Origin: Longimicrobiales bacterium
GTDB lineage: Bacteria; Gemmatimonadota; Gemmatimonadetes; Longimicrobiales; Gaopeijiaceae
Assembly: GCA_965218295.1 (NCBI GenBank)
Contig: CBDCKN010000015.1
Span: 160,001 to 224,000, forward strand
Length of the DNA: 64,000 nucleotides
Direction: 5' to 3'
Shown here: in pieces, positions 51,726 to 60,340 of the stretch
Position numbering within the stretch: the first letter of the stretch is position 1
Layout of the letters: each line of letters begins with the position of its first letter
The notes under the pieces: generated by a model
Told to the model about the DNA's origin: nothing
What the model saw: the letters and a program-made list of their open reading frames with translations, nothing else
The model's database searches: none
Position numbers and translations under genes: made by a program

Positions 51726-52610
51726 ATGACGCTTCGCCGACACCCCGGCCTCCTGGCCGGACTCGCCGTCCTCCCCCTCATCCTCTCCTGCGGACTTTCC
51801 GTCGGAGACGGCCCCGGGTGCCGTTTGGACGGCCCGCCCGTGGCGCTCCCCGAGGTCCTGGACGAGACCAGCGGCCTGGCCGTGGGGATCAGGGATCCGA
51901 GCCGCATCTGGACCCACAACGACTCGGGCCACGAGCCCCACCTCTACGCCCTGAACGACGCCGGAGCGCTCCACGCCACCGTCGAGGTCGACCAGAGGAA
52001 CCGGGACTGGGAGGACATAGACCGGGGCCGCTGCGGCGCGGGCTCCTGTCTCTACCTGGCCGACACGGGGGACAATCTGGAGGGCCACACGCGGGTGGCC
52101 CTCTACAGGGTTCCCGAGCCCGACGGCCGCGTGGACGGGACCGCGAGCGCCGACCGCTATCTGATGCAGCTTCCCGACGGGCCCCGGGACCTGGAAGCCA
52201 CGTACGTATTACCGGACGAGAGGATCTTTTTCGTCACCAAGGGGCGGAACCACCCTGTCACTCTCTACCGCTATCCGCCGCCGCTCAGGCCCGACGCAGT
52301 GGTCACCCTGGAGCGCGTCCAGGTGATGAGCAGCGGCCCGGTCGCTCCCCCCCGTTACGTGACCAGCGCATCAGCCACCCTGGACGGGGCGACAGTTGTA
52401 ATCCGCACCTACGAGACGCTGGAGTTCTTCACCGTGACGGAGAACGACGAGCTCCGCCCCCTGGAGGACGGCCGGGTGAACCTCCGGACCCTTCGGGAGC
52501 CCCAAGGGGAGGCCGTGGCGTTCCTACCGGACGGGCGCCTCATCCTGAGCTCCGAGTCGGGGTTCACGTCCCTGCCTTCCATAGTCTTCCTGACCTGCGA
52601 GCTCGGGTAG
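51726..52610 (+). CDS. Putative lipoprotein, beta-propeller-like
   Basis: Lipobox ILSC; ETSGL, WTHNDSG, DWEDI, DTGDN and QGEAV. Confidence 0.7.
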   Translation: MTLRRHPGLLAGLAVLPLILSCGLSVGDGPGCRLDGPPVALPEVLDETSGLAVGIRDPSRIWTHNDSGHEPHLYALNDAGALHATVEVDQRNRDWEDIDRGRCGAGSCLYLADTGDNLEGHTRVALYRVPEPDGRVDGTASADRYLMQLPDGPRDLEATYVLPDERIFFVTKGRNHPVTLYRYPPPLRPDAVVTLERVQVMSSGPVAPPRYVTSASATLDGATVVIRTYETLEFFTVTENDELRPLEDGRVNLRTLREPQGEAVAFLPDGRLILSSESGFTSLPSIVFLTCELG

Positions 52611-52779
52611 GGGAACCGGAAGTCTGAGATGGCGGACGCGCTTGGCCAGCCGCTTGTGGCCGTGCACGAGCGCTTGTTCGAGCTCCCTCGTGAGACCTCA
52701 GTGAGTGTGGCAGCGGGTCGGTACGAGGAGTTGAAGGAGCGGGTGGGGAACTGACCCGAGAGTTGCTCTTCGGAGGCGT

Positions 52780-52810
52780 GTACGTATCTTTATATTGCGA
52801 GTATACGTAC
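52780..52810 (+). promoter_or_regulatory. TA operon promoter/operator
   Basis: Inverted repeat GTACGTAT...ATACGTAC around TATCTT/TATATT -10 candidates; TTGCTC at 52763. Confidence 0.55.
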
Positions 52811-52819
52811 GGAGGTCGC

Positions 52820-53050
52820 ATGTCCAAAAAGAAACTCACGCTCTCCGTCGACGAAGCCGTGATCGAGCGCGCCAAGCGCTTCTCGCGGAGAAACGAGACG
52901 TCGGTCTCAGAGCTCGTATCCGAGTTCCTCGCTTCTCTCGGGGATGAACACGGGACCTCGACACCTATTGTCACGCGTCTACGTGGCGTACTCCCGTCTT
53001 CCGTCTCACGTGAAGAGTACGGGGATCACCTGAAGGCCAGACACCGGTGA
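52820..53050 (+). CDS. Antitoxin, RHH-like (DUF6364-type)
   Basis: KKLTLSVDEAVIERAK...SVSELV; overlaps the PIN gene. Confidence 0.8.
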   Translation: MSKKKLTLSVDEAVIERAKRFSRRNETSVSELVSEFLASLGDEHGTSTPIVTRLRGVLPSSVSREEYGDHLKARHR

Positions 53051-53460
53051 CCCGGGTTCTTCTCGATATCAACGTCGTTCTCGACGTCCTGGCAACTCGA
53101 GAGCCGTTCGCCGATGACGCCGAGGCCGTGCTGCGGCATGTAGAGGCACGCTCGATTGAAGGTCTCGTCGCGGCGCACACGATTACCACCCTGCACTTCC
53201 TCCTGGCCAAGCGTCTCGGGAAGGCCAAGACCCGAAGAGTCCTCACCGACCTCCTTCACGTGGTAAGAGTCGTCCCCCTAGACGAGGACCGCGTTCGGCA
53301 TGCTCTAGCGCTGAACTGGGCGGATTTCGACGATGCGGTTCAGGCAGCCTGCGCAGAGAAGGCCGAGGCCGACTATCTCGTGACCCGAAACAAGAAGGAC
53401 TTTCAGAGCTCCCCGGTGAAGACCGTCACTCCCGCAGAGTTGCTCGCGCTGATCTCCTAG
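53047..53460 (+). CDS. PIN-domain (VapC-like) toxin
   Basis: VLLDINVVLD, DFDDAVQ and VTRNKKDF. Confidence 0.88.
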   Translation: MTRVLLDINVVLDVLATREPFADDAEAVLRHVEARSIEGLVAAHTITTLHFLLAKRLGKAKTRRVLTDLLHVVRVVPLDEDRVRHALALNWADFDDAVQAACAEKAEADYLVTRNKKDFQSSPVKTVTPAELLALIS

Positions 53461-53589
53461 TTCCTCCCACGTCGGATGGCCGAGACCGTTCACAAGCTCC
53501 ACGGCGACCCAAATCCATGCGATCGGCGCTGCCGCTGCCCAACCACGTCGCACGGTGCGGCCGACTCCGTGTTCACCACCGCCGGACGC

Positions 53590-54057
53590 TCAGAGGCGAG
53601 CAAGGAAATAAGCAAGGCCATGAAGTAGGACACCAAACAAGACGGAACTGGCGAAGATAGCCCCTGAAAGTCGGGCCGACGACGACCGCAGTACGATAGC
53701 ACTCAAGGGGATGTACAACAGCAGCCCGGTGACAGTGCCCGGCGAGTAGTAACCCAAGCCTAGTGTAGCAAGGGTATGCAGCGCCCCGTTTAGGCCAACC
53801 AACGCAGCGAACGAGGCGCCGAACCAGGCCATGCTCGGATAGTGAAAAGCCGCCAGCGTGCCGATTCCGAAGAGCAGGAATGCGATTGCGTTTATGAGCA
53901 AGAACCGCTCGGGGCTCACTTCGCCGCCCGGAGCGATCAGAGTCCAAGCAGGCAACCCTCCGAACCACTCTTCCGCAAGGTGCAGCAGAAATGCGACTGG
54001 CAGAAGCATCGCCGCACGGGGCGCGGCAGAGGGCCCATCGGGCGCTGAAGCAGCCAT
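53590..54057 (-). CDS. HXXEE domain membrane protein
   Basis: LHLAEEW, NGALH and YSPGTVTG. Confidence 0.8.
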   Translation of the reverse strand: MAASAPDGPSAAPRAAMLLPVAFLLHLAEEWFGGLPAWTLIAPGGEVSPERFLLINAIAFLLFGIGTLAAFHYPSMAWFGASFAALVGLNGALHTLATLGLGYYSPGTVTGLLLYIPLSAIVLRSSSARLSGAIFASSVLFGVLLHGLAYFLARL

Positions 54058-54070
54058 GCGGTCTCCTTTG

Positions 54071-54171
54071 CGCTAACGTCTCGCGATTGACCTGCGCTCG
54101 CTTCGCGGTGCTCGGTCGTCTCCGGCACGCGCAGCGTGCCTCCGGCTCTGCTGGTGCGCGATCAATCTGAC
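54071..54171 (-). repeat. Degenerate attC-like site
   Basis: GTTAGCG immediately before the RBS and ATG of the HXXEE gene; imperfect stem ATTGATCGCGC/GCGCAGGTCAAT. Confidence 0.45.
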
Positions 54172-54216
54172 ACCGCGCGTGCACCGCGCACCTGCCGGCC
54201 TACTGCCACAGCCTTG

Positions 54217-54507
54217 CTACGGATCGCGCCGGTCGGAATGACCGAGGTCCTTTTCTGGGGCGATACGGTCGCGGATGAACTGCTTGAGTTCCTTCATCTC
54301 GGGGAAGCGGCCGCGCTCCTTGCGCGACCATAGTACATCGCCGTCAGCTCGGACCTCAAAGGTCCCGCCAGTTCGTGGGACGAGCACCAGTTGGCCGATC
54401 TCGGCCTCGAATGTGGTGAGGAGCTCCTGCGCGATCCACGTCGCTCGCATGAGCCAGCGACATTGGGTGCAATAGTGAATCTCGACTCGGTTCTTCACGG
54501 ATGACAT
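54217..54507 (-). CDS. SelT/SelW/SelH (Rdx) family protein
   Basis: IHYCTQCRW, WIAQELLTTF, GGTFEV and GHSD. Confidence 0.92.
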   Translation of the reverse strand: MSSVKNRVEIHYCTQCRWLMRATWIAQELLTTFEAEIGQLVLVPRTGGTFEVRADGDVLWSRKERGRFPEMKELKQFIRDRIAPEKDLGHSDRRDP

Positions 54508-54594
54508 CGCACGGGTTCTCCGGCGCCGCGCAAGGGATCGCGATTCTGCTGTCTGACCACTCTGCCGACCCGCCGCGTGAGCTGGCGCGCGACG

Positions 54595-54798
54595 TTATCG
54601 ATTCCTTCGTTTGGGTCCTTCTGCCGTTTCGATGACGAACGCGGCGAGTTCACCCCAACGGACGGGAGACGGCTTCAGTTCTTCGAGAACCTCGTCGGCA
54701 GTTGTGCCCCTGAATGGCCCCTTGTGCCCCTTCTTCGCCTCGCGGTACGCCGCCACAGCACGACGGACGACGGGTTGCTCATCGGGCGTCAAGTCCAT
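54595..54798 (-). CDS. Small hypothetical protein (cassette-like)
   Basis: 67 aa, preceded by GTTAGGT and ending in TAAC. Confidence 0.4.
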   Translation of the reverse strand: MDLTPDEQPVVRRAVAAYREAKKGHKGPFRGTTADEVLEELKPSPVRWGELAAFVIETAEGPKRRNR

Positions 54799-54806
54799 GA
54801 CCGTAA

Positions 54807-54855
54807 ACCTAACGGTACTCGCCGCTGCCGATGCTGACAGCGACCAGAGTTGAAC
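54807..54855 (-). repeat. Short attC-like site
   Basis: GTTCAAC ... GTCGCTGTC/GGCAGCGGC stem ... GTTAGGT, 8 nt before the next ATG. Confidence 0.45.
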
Positions 54856-54863
54856 TCACGGCC

Positions 54864-55355
54864 TCATGCTTCAGCGGCATGAATCTTCTCAACCTGATTC
54901 CTCTGCCGGATCTCCAAGACAATATTTACCTGAACATTAATCCCCAGCAGCAACATGACCTCGCAGGGGTGGGTCTTTAACATCCAGAAACGGACACTCT
55001 GCCGCCGAATGCCACCCATGACAGCTTCGAACTGCCGGAGTGTCTCCCGAACGGAAAAGACTTCATCCTCTACTCGATAGGAAATGTCGCGCTCTTCTTT
55101 GTGGACATCGGAGACCGAGGCTTCAGTACCGATTTTCTTCCCTCCCCCCGGATACTCCTGCTTGGCAAAAGGCATACGAAGGAAGGCCAGGGTCTTCTTC
55201 AGGGGGCCAAGCTCGTCTTTCACCCGCTGCGAAAAGCACGCTTTCGCCCCTGCCATGGTTCGGACCACCTCGAAGGCTCCCACCACCCAGAGCCAGAACT
55301 GGCCGTACACCCGGTCGAAAGCCTCCGAGTCAACGCGCCCCTCTTCGTCGAACAT
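54864..55355 (-). CDS. Hypothetical protein, probably truncated or chimeric
   Basis: FWLWVVGAFEVVRTM...LRMPFAKQE; AT-richer tail. Confidence 0.5.
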   Translation of the reverse strand: MFDEEGRVDSEAFDRVYGQFWLWVVGAFEVVRTMAGAKACFSQRVKDELGPLKKTLAFLRMPFAKQEYPGGGKKIGTEASVSDVHKEERDISYRVEDEVFSVRETLRQFEAVMGGIRRQSVRFWMLKTHPCEVMLLLGINVQVNIVLEIRQRNQVEKIHAAEA

Positions 55356-55571
55356 GGACTCCTCCTCTTACCCAAGAGGTGTGGTGTCCACGAAACCTGG
55401 TCAACTCCAATGGAGCTGACCAGGTGCGCTACCGCAGCGGGCCAACCGCCGCGCCCGAGACCCGAGTTGCTCCCGACGTCAAACCAAAAGGCTCTCGCAA
55501 ACCGACGGAGCCCTGCTTAGGATATATGCGAGGAATAGCCGAATAGGGACGCCCTCTCAGGAGGTGGAACG

Positions 55572-56717
55572 ATGGCGAGTCGCGACGGCGCGTTCGGCGT
55601 ATTGATGGGCGCAGCTGTTGGAACGCTCTTCCTCGTACCAGCCCACGGTTTGGCACAATGGGAACTTTTTGAAGTGGACCCGTGCTCCTCGGCGGTCATT
55701 TACCTGTCACGGATGGCGAGCCTGATTCGTTGCGCCGAGACAGGATATGCTCCAGACCAGTACACCCTTGGAGTGATATACGCCGAGGGTGACGGCGTCG
55801 CCGAGGACGATGCAGAGGCCGTACGCTGGTATCGGCTAGCGGCCGAGCAAGGGCATGCTTCAGCCCAGTACAACCTTGGACTGATGTACGCCATTGGAGA
55901 CGGCGTCCCGGAGGACGATGCAGAGGCCGTACGCTGGTATCGGCTAGCGGCCGAGCAAGGGTTTGTTGCCGCCCAGTCCAACCTTGGAGTGATGTACGAC
56001 AATCGTAACGGCGTCCCCGAGGACGATGCGGAGGCCGTGCGCTGGTATCGGCTAGCGGCCGAGCAAGGGTATGTTATTGCCCAGTACAACCTTGGAGTGA
56101 TGTATGAGCATGGTAACGGCGTCCCCGAGGACGATGCAGAGGCCGTACGCTGGTATCGGCTAGCGGCCGAGCAAGGGCATGCTTCAGCCCAGTACAACCT
56201 TGGACTGATGTACACCGAGGGTAACGGCGTCCCCGAGGACAAAGCGGAGGCCGTACGCTGGTATCGGCTAGCGGCCGAGCAGGGGTTTGCTGCCGCCCAG
56301 CACAACCTTGGACTGATGTACGCCATTGGAGACGGCGTCCCCGAGGACGATGCGGAGGCCGTACGCTGGTATCGGCTAGCGGCCGAGCAAGGGTATGTTT
56401 TTGCCCAGTTCAACCTTGGAGTGATGTATAGCCGGGGTGAAGGCGTCCCCGAGGACGATGTAGAGGCCGTACGCTGGTATCGGTTAGCGGCTGAGCAGGG
56501 GGATGCTCTAGCCCAGTCCAACCTTGGATTCATGTACGGCAATGGAGACGGCGTCCCGAAGGACCTGGTCTTCGCCTATATGTGGTTCAATTTCTCGGCA
56601 GCCCAAGGAAATGAGACTGCGCAAAGCAACGAAGAGAGAATCGAGCAGTATATGACTCGTGATCAAATTGCCGAGGCCCAAAGGCTGTCCCGCGAGTGGC
56701 TCGAACGGCATCGATGA
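55572..56717 (+). CDS. Secreted Sel1-repeat protein, 8 repeats
   Basis: Signal peptide; 36-aa AQxNLGxMY...G..EDDAEAVRWYRLAAEQG units; MTRDQIAEAQ cap. Confidence 0.93.
   Translation: MASRDGAFGVLMGAAVGTLFLVPAHGLAQWELFEVDPCSSAVIYLSRMASLIRCAETGYAPDQYTLGVIYAEGDGVAEDDAEAVRWYRLAAEQGHASAQYNLGLMYAIGDGVPEDDAEAVRWYRLAAEQGFVAAQSNLGVMYDNRNGVPEDDAEAVRWYRLAAEQGYVIAQYNLGVMYEHGNGVPEDDAEAVRWYRLAAEQGHASAQYNLGLMYTEGNGVPEDKAEAVRWYRLAAEQGFAAAQHNLGLMYAIGDGVPEDDAEAVRWYRLAAEQGYVFAQFNLGVMYSRGEGVPEDDVEAVRWYRLAAEQGDALAQSNLGFMYGNGDGVPKDLVFAYMWFNFSAAQGNETAQSNEERIEQYMTRDQIAEAQRLSREWLERHR
55746..56609 (+). repeat. 108-bp tandem repeat array
   Basis: Near-identical gaggccgtacgctggtatcggctagcggccgagcaaggg every 108 bp. Confidence 0.92.
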
Positions 56718-56826
56718 GTCTGGAAGCTGACCCCCCAAATGGGCGAAGCCGGGAACCGCTCCAAAGGCAAGTCCTATTTCGCCCCGCCGTATCTGGGGAC
56801 GGACCAGCACTCCGCCACGTGTGAGT

Positions 56827-56877
56827 CGCGTACCGGCCCTCTAGGGCGGTGTTCAGGCGGGCGATGGAATCGGACAC
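56827..56877 (-). pseudogene. N-terminal remnant of a Ser/Thr protein kinase gene
   Basis: GGAG RBS plus MSDSIARLNTALEGRYA, the leader that normally precedes IERELGxGGMATVYLA; the kinase domain is absent. Confidence 0.6.
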
Positions 56878-56931
56878 GGGCGCACTCCGGGATCAGACCG
56901 AGAATATGCTACTCGCAGCGGCGCTGCTCCA

Positions 56932-57276
56932 CTACGCCCGCCAATCGACGAAGACTTGATTGGGAGGAGGTGGCTCCTGAGAAGCATCCATCCCGTGAGT
57001 ACCGATGAGGATCGTCTCGGCGAACCAACGGTCAAATGGCTCGTCCGAGTTTAGATACTTCGATACGACACCATTTGGGTCATCTCCTTCCAGGCAAACG
57101 ACCACGTAGTCTCCTTCGGGTGTTTGCTGGAGGCTTACGACCTCTCTGGTTACACCCATACGCCGCCGCGACTCCTCGAAGTCAGCCCTGCGAGGGCCAG
57201 TCATCTCTACTGCGGCCTGCTTCCAGGCACCGGTCGTTCCAGGCAAGAGAGGTACGGCGAAGGTTGTGGCAGGCAT
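56932..57276 (-). CDS. Conserved hypothetical protein
   Basis: 114 aa, GAGGAG RBS; FAVPLLPG...GVTRE...LQQTP...FDRWF. Confidence 0.7.
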   Translation of the reverse strand: MPATTFAVPLLPGTTGAWKQAAVEMTGPRRADFEESRRRMGVTREVVSLQQTPEGDYVVVCLEGDDPNGVVSKYLNSDEPFDRWFAETILIGTHGMDASQEPPPPNQVFVDWRA

Positions 57277-57475
57277 GTGAAGCTCCTCTTGGTTGCTTGA
57301 CGAAGATCGCCGATGTGATGATCACGCTCATGAAGCCCATCGAGCGGAAGGGCTGCCTCTCAACATCGGTGACGCGGAGGAGGAAGCCGACGGAAAAGCA
57401 GGTCAGACGCCTTCCACGAAGACGCGTGGCCATGGGATTTGACGGGTCAATTGGGCACCAGGGCCAGCGCCCGCG

Positions 57476-57769
57476 TTACGGCATCAACGCTACGATCTCT
57501 TCGAACTCGTCTGGGTCCCAGGCACGCATGGTAGTGCTCCTCACGTTCCCCTGGGCACCAGTAGCCAGCGCGAACGCGGAGGCGGCCTTCTCGTCGTCGG
57601 CCTCAGAGATCACGACCAGGTCGTAGGGGCCCTCGGTGTAGTAAGCACCAAGCACTCTCACTCCCATTCCCTCCGCCTGACTGATCGCAGCCTCGAGCCG
57701 GCTGGGCGATTCTTTTACGTTCCGGATGCCCTGGTCCGTGAAACTGTAGAGCGTCGCGTACTTAGCCAT
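57476..57769 (-). CDS. GYD domain protein
   Basis: FTDQGIRNVKESPSR, GPYDLVVI and GNVRSTTMRA. Confidence 0.88.
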   Translation of the reverse strand: MAKYATLYSFTDQGIRNVKESPSRLEAAISQAEGMGVRVLGAYYTEGPYDLVVISEADDEKAASAFALATGAQGNVRSTTMRAWDPDEFEEIVALMP

Positions 57770-58049
57770 CGGTCTGGCCTCCTTCAATGGGTGCGTGTCG
57801 CAGACGATGGGGATTAGCGACGAGTTTCGCAAAGCGGCAAGGGGTTGTCTTCCCGTCCGGCCCGAGAAACCATCCAGCGTATGTTCCGATACGAAACCTA
57901 CGTACGCCGCCAAGCCGTCGACCTCAGCTGCCCTTAGGCAGCGGGCGGGACAACGGGTCGTCGGGCAGATCCGGTTCCTCGAAGTCGAGGGACGGCGACC
58001 TAAAGCGCACCGAGCCCCCTTGACCTCGCGCCCTTCTCCGTGAATATTG

Positions 58050-58064
58050 GTTGTGTACTACAAC
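58050..58064 (+). promoter_or_regulatory. MarR operator candidate 1 (GTTG-N7-CAAC)
   Basis: GTTGTGTACTACAAC just upstream of marR; TTGACC at 58020. Confidence 0.6.
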
Positions 58065-58078
58065 TATCAGTGGGGACC

Positions 58079-58570
58079 ATGCCGACCACCATCACCGACA
58101 AGAGCATCGCCGAGGACGCTCGGGCCCTATCGCAGGCGTTCTCGGAGCTGATCCGCCTGGTCCAGTTCCGGGATCGGGATCGGGCCTGCTGTTACGGCCT
58201 CACGGTGAGCCAATGCTATGGGCTGAAGGCGGTGTGCGAGACGGGACCGCTGAGCGTGAACGAGCTCGCCGGCGCCCTCTACCTGGAGAAGAGCACGGCC
58301 AGCCGGCTCGCCAGGGGACTGGAGGACACGGGTCTGGTCGCGCGCACCACGGACCAGGAGGACCGGCGCTCCGTACGCCTCGCCGCCAGCGCGGCGGGCC
58401 GGCGCGCCTACGAGACCATCGAGGCGGACCTCCAGAGGGAGTACGCCGCCCTGCTCGAGGACTTCGAGCCCGAGGTTCGATCTGGCATGACTGAGCTCCT
58501 GGATCGCCTCACGCGAGCGGTCGGCAGCCGTGTGGAGGCGGAGGGGGGAAGCTGTTGTGTGGTTCGCTGA
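58079..58570 (+). CDS. Cys-rich MarR family regulator, probably arsenic-responsive
   Basis: RDRACCYGLTVSQC, LEKSTASRL, DRRS and C-terminal SCC; adjacent to arsM. Confidence 0.85.
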   Translation: MPTTITDKSIAEDARALSQAFSELIRLVQFRDRDRACCYGLTVSQCYGLKAVCETGPLSVNELAGALYLEKSTASRLARGLEDTGLVARTTDQEDRRSVRLAASAAGRRAYETIEADLQREYAALLEDFEPEVRSGMTELLDRLTRAVGSRVEAEGGSCCVVR

Positions 58571-58574
58571 CCGC

Positions 58575-58605
58575 CCGAGGCGCGTCCTCGGGAGCACTTT
58601 TTTTT
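58575..58605 (+). terminator. Terminator-like hairpin between marR and arsM
   Basis: CCGAGG/CCTCGG stem followed by a T8 run after a short spacer. Confidence 0.45.
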
Positions 58606-58614
58606 CCTGTATAA

Positions 58615-58629
58615 GTTGCAACTACCAAC
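58615..58629 (+). promoter_or_regulatory. MarR operator candidate 2 (GTTG-N7-CAAC)
   Basis: GTTGCAACTACCAAC just upstream of arsM. Confidence 0.6.
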
Positions 58630-58644
58630 CATATAGGTGAGGAC

Positions 58645-59462
58645 ATGGAACACGACACCATTCGCAAAGCGGTCCGGGATCGCTACGCCACCATCGCAGA
58701 GGACGAGGACGTCTGTTGCACTCCTTCGTGCTGCGCTTCCGGCAAGACTCACTCCGTCTCGATGGCCGTCGGGTACGACGAGGAGCAGCTCGACGGCGTG
58801 CCCGAGGGCGCGGACCTGGGCCTGGGCTCCGGGAACCCCGTGGCCGTCGCCGGCCTCCGAGAGGGAGACACGGTGCTGGATCTCGGCTCGGGGGGCGGCA
58901 TCGACTGCTTCCTGGCCGCCGAGAAGGTGGGCCCCACGGGCAAGGTGATCGGGGTCGACATTACGCCCGAGATGACCGCCCGCGCCCGCAGGAACGCCAA
59001 GAAGGGCTCGTACCCGAACGTAGACTTCCGGCTGGGCGAGATCGAGGCCCTGCCCGTGGCCGACGGCACGGTGGACGTCATCATCTCCAACTGCGTCATC
59101 AACCTCTCGCCCGAGCGGGGCCGGGTCTTCGCCGAGGCCCTCGGGCCCTCAAGCCGGGCGGCAGGCTGGTGATCTCCGATCTCGTATGCCGGGGGCCGAT
59201 CCCCGGAGCGCTACGTGAGGAGGCGGAAGCGGTGACGACCTGCCTTCCCGTCGAGGAGCACGAGTATCTGGCCGACCTGGAAAAGGCGGGGTTCACCGAC
59301 GCGAAGGTGACGAACGCCAGGCCCTACCCCCGCGGGGTCTTGTCCTCGACGCCCATCGCCCAGAGCATCATCGAGAAGCACCCGGAGATGGCCGAGTCTC
59401 TGGAGGAATTTGCCTCGTCGGTGAGCGGCGCCATCATCGAGGCGCGGAAGCCGGTCGCGTAG
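58645..59462 (+). CDS. arsM: Arsenite methyltransferase; frameshift at about 59142
   Basis: VRDRYA, CC..SCC, LDLGSGGGID and ISNCVINL; adding one C restores ALRALKPGGRLVISD. Confidence 0.85.
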
Positions 59463-59470
59463 CTCCGGCG

Positions 59471-60250
59471 TCACGCGTCGTCCTCCCTGATGCGGGCGCC
59501 GCCGGGCCTGGCCCCCAGCTGCACTCTTGCGCCCCTGCCCTCCGCCAACTCGGGCGAGGCGACGTAACGAAGGAAGACGGCGGTCAGCTCCGATGCCAGG
59601 TCCTTGTCCTCGATACCGTCCTCCCGGCCCCCCCACGCGAAGATGTAGCGACTCCTCAGGGTGGCGAAGACCTGGAGCGTCGCCAGGCGTACGGCCCACT
59701 CGGGATCGGGGTGGCCGAGCTCGTCGCTCCGCTCCATCAGGAGCACGATGAGGTAGTCGGCGATCCGGTTGTCCAGCTCGGCGGTCCGGTCCAGGAGCTC
59801 GGGCTCCGGATGGGACATGGCGTGAACCAGGAACGCCCGCAGGAGAGAGCCGTGGGCGCGGCTCCAGAGCACCAGCGTCCGGGTGAACTGTAAGACGATC
59901 TCCCGCACGCCGGCCGCGGACCAGCGGGCAGGAGCCAGGACGGTCTCCCAACCGTCCTGCGCGTCCTCCCAGAACCGTGTGGCCAGGTAGGCGAGAAGCG
60001 CGTCGCGGCTGTCGAAGCGCGCGTAAAAGGTGCCCGCGCCAGTCCCGGAGCGGGACAGGATCTCCTGCACGGTGGCCCCCTCGAGACCCTCCTCGGCGAT
60101 GAGATCCATGGCCGAGGTCACGATCCGGTCGAACGAGGCGCGGCTCCTCGCCTGCCTCGGAAGACGAACCCCCGATAGAGCGCGAGATCTCGGCGCCTCT
60201 TCGCCCCCCAGATCCGGAGGCACCCTCGGAGGAGGTGGCGGATGATTCAT
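59471..60250 (-). CDS. TetR/AcrR family regulator
   Basis: PRQARSR...TVQEIL...GTFYARF. Confidence 0.88.
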   Translation of the reverse strand: MNHPPPPPRVPPDLGGEEAPRSRALSGVRLPRQARSRASFDRIVTSAMDLIAEEGLEGATVQEILSRSGTGAGTFYARFDSRDALLAYLATRFWEDAQDGWETVLAPARWSAAGVREIVLQFTRTLVLWSRAHGSLLRAFLVHAMSHPEPELLDRTAELDNRIADYLIVLLMERSDELGHPDPEWAVRLATLQVFATLRSRYIFAWGGREDGIEDKDLASELTAVFLRYVASPELAEGRGARVQLGARPGGARIREDDA

Positions 60251-60287
60251 GAGAGAGGCAAACCTGGGTCAAAGTGCTCAGAGTAAT

Positions 60288-60303
60288 AATTTGAATTCAA
60301 ATT
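60288..60303. promoter_or_regulatory. Perfect 16-bp palindrome, candidate TetR operator
   Basis: AATTTGAATTCAAATT upstream of the TetR at 60250. Confidence 0.6.
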
Positions 60304-60340
60304 CAAAGAAACATCACGGGGGGAGAGGTGGCAAGGGTTT

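Noticed and set aside
52629..52754. 41-codon ORF at the island's left edge
   Set aside because: Possibly a gene remnant, but no recognisable motif or RBS.
54217..54507. SelW-family protein as a selenoprotein
   Set aside because: The motif is CTQC with ordinary Cys codons.
55746..56609. Regularly spaced repeats as a CRISPR array or DGR target
   Set aside because: The period is 108 bp in frame, encoding Sel1 units. No cas genes, reverse transcriptase or template repeat are in the window, and many adenines are invariant.
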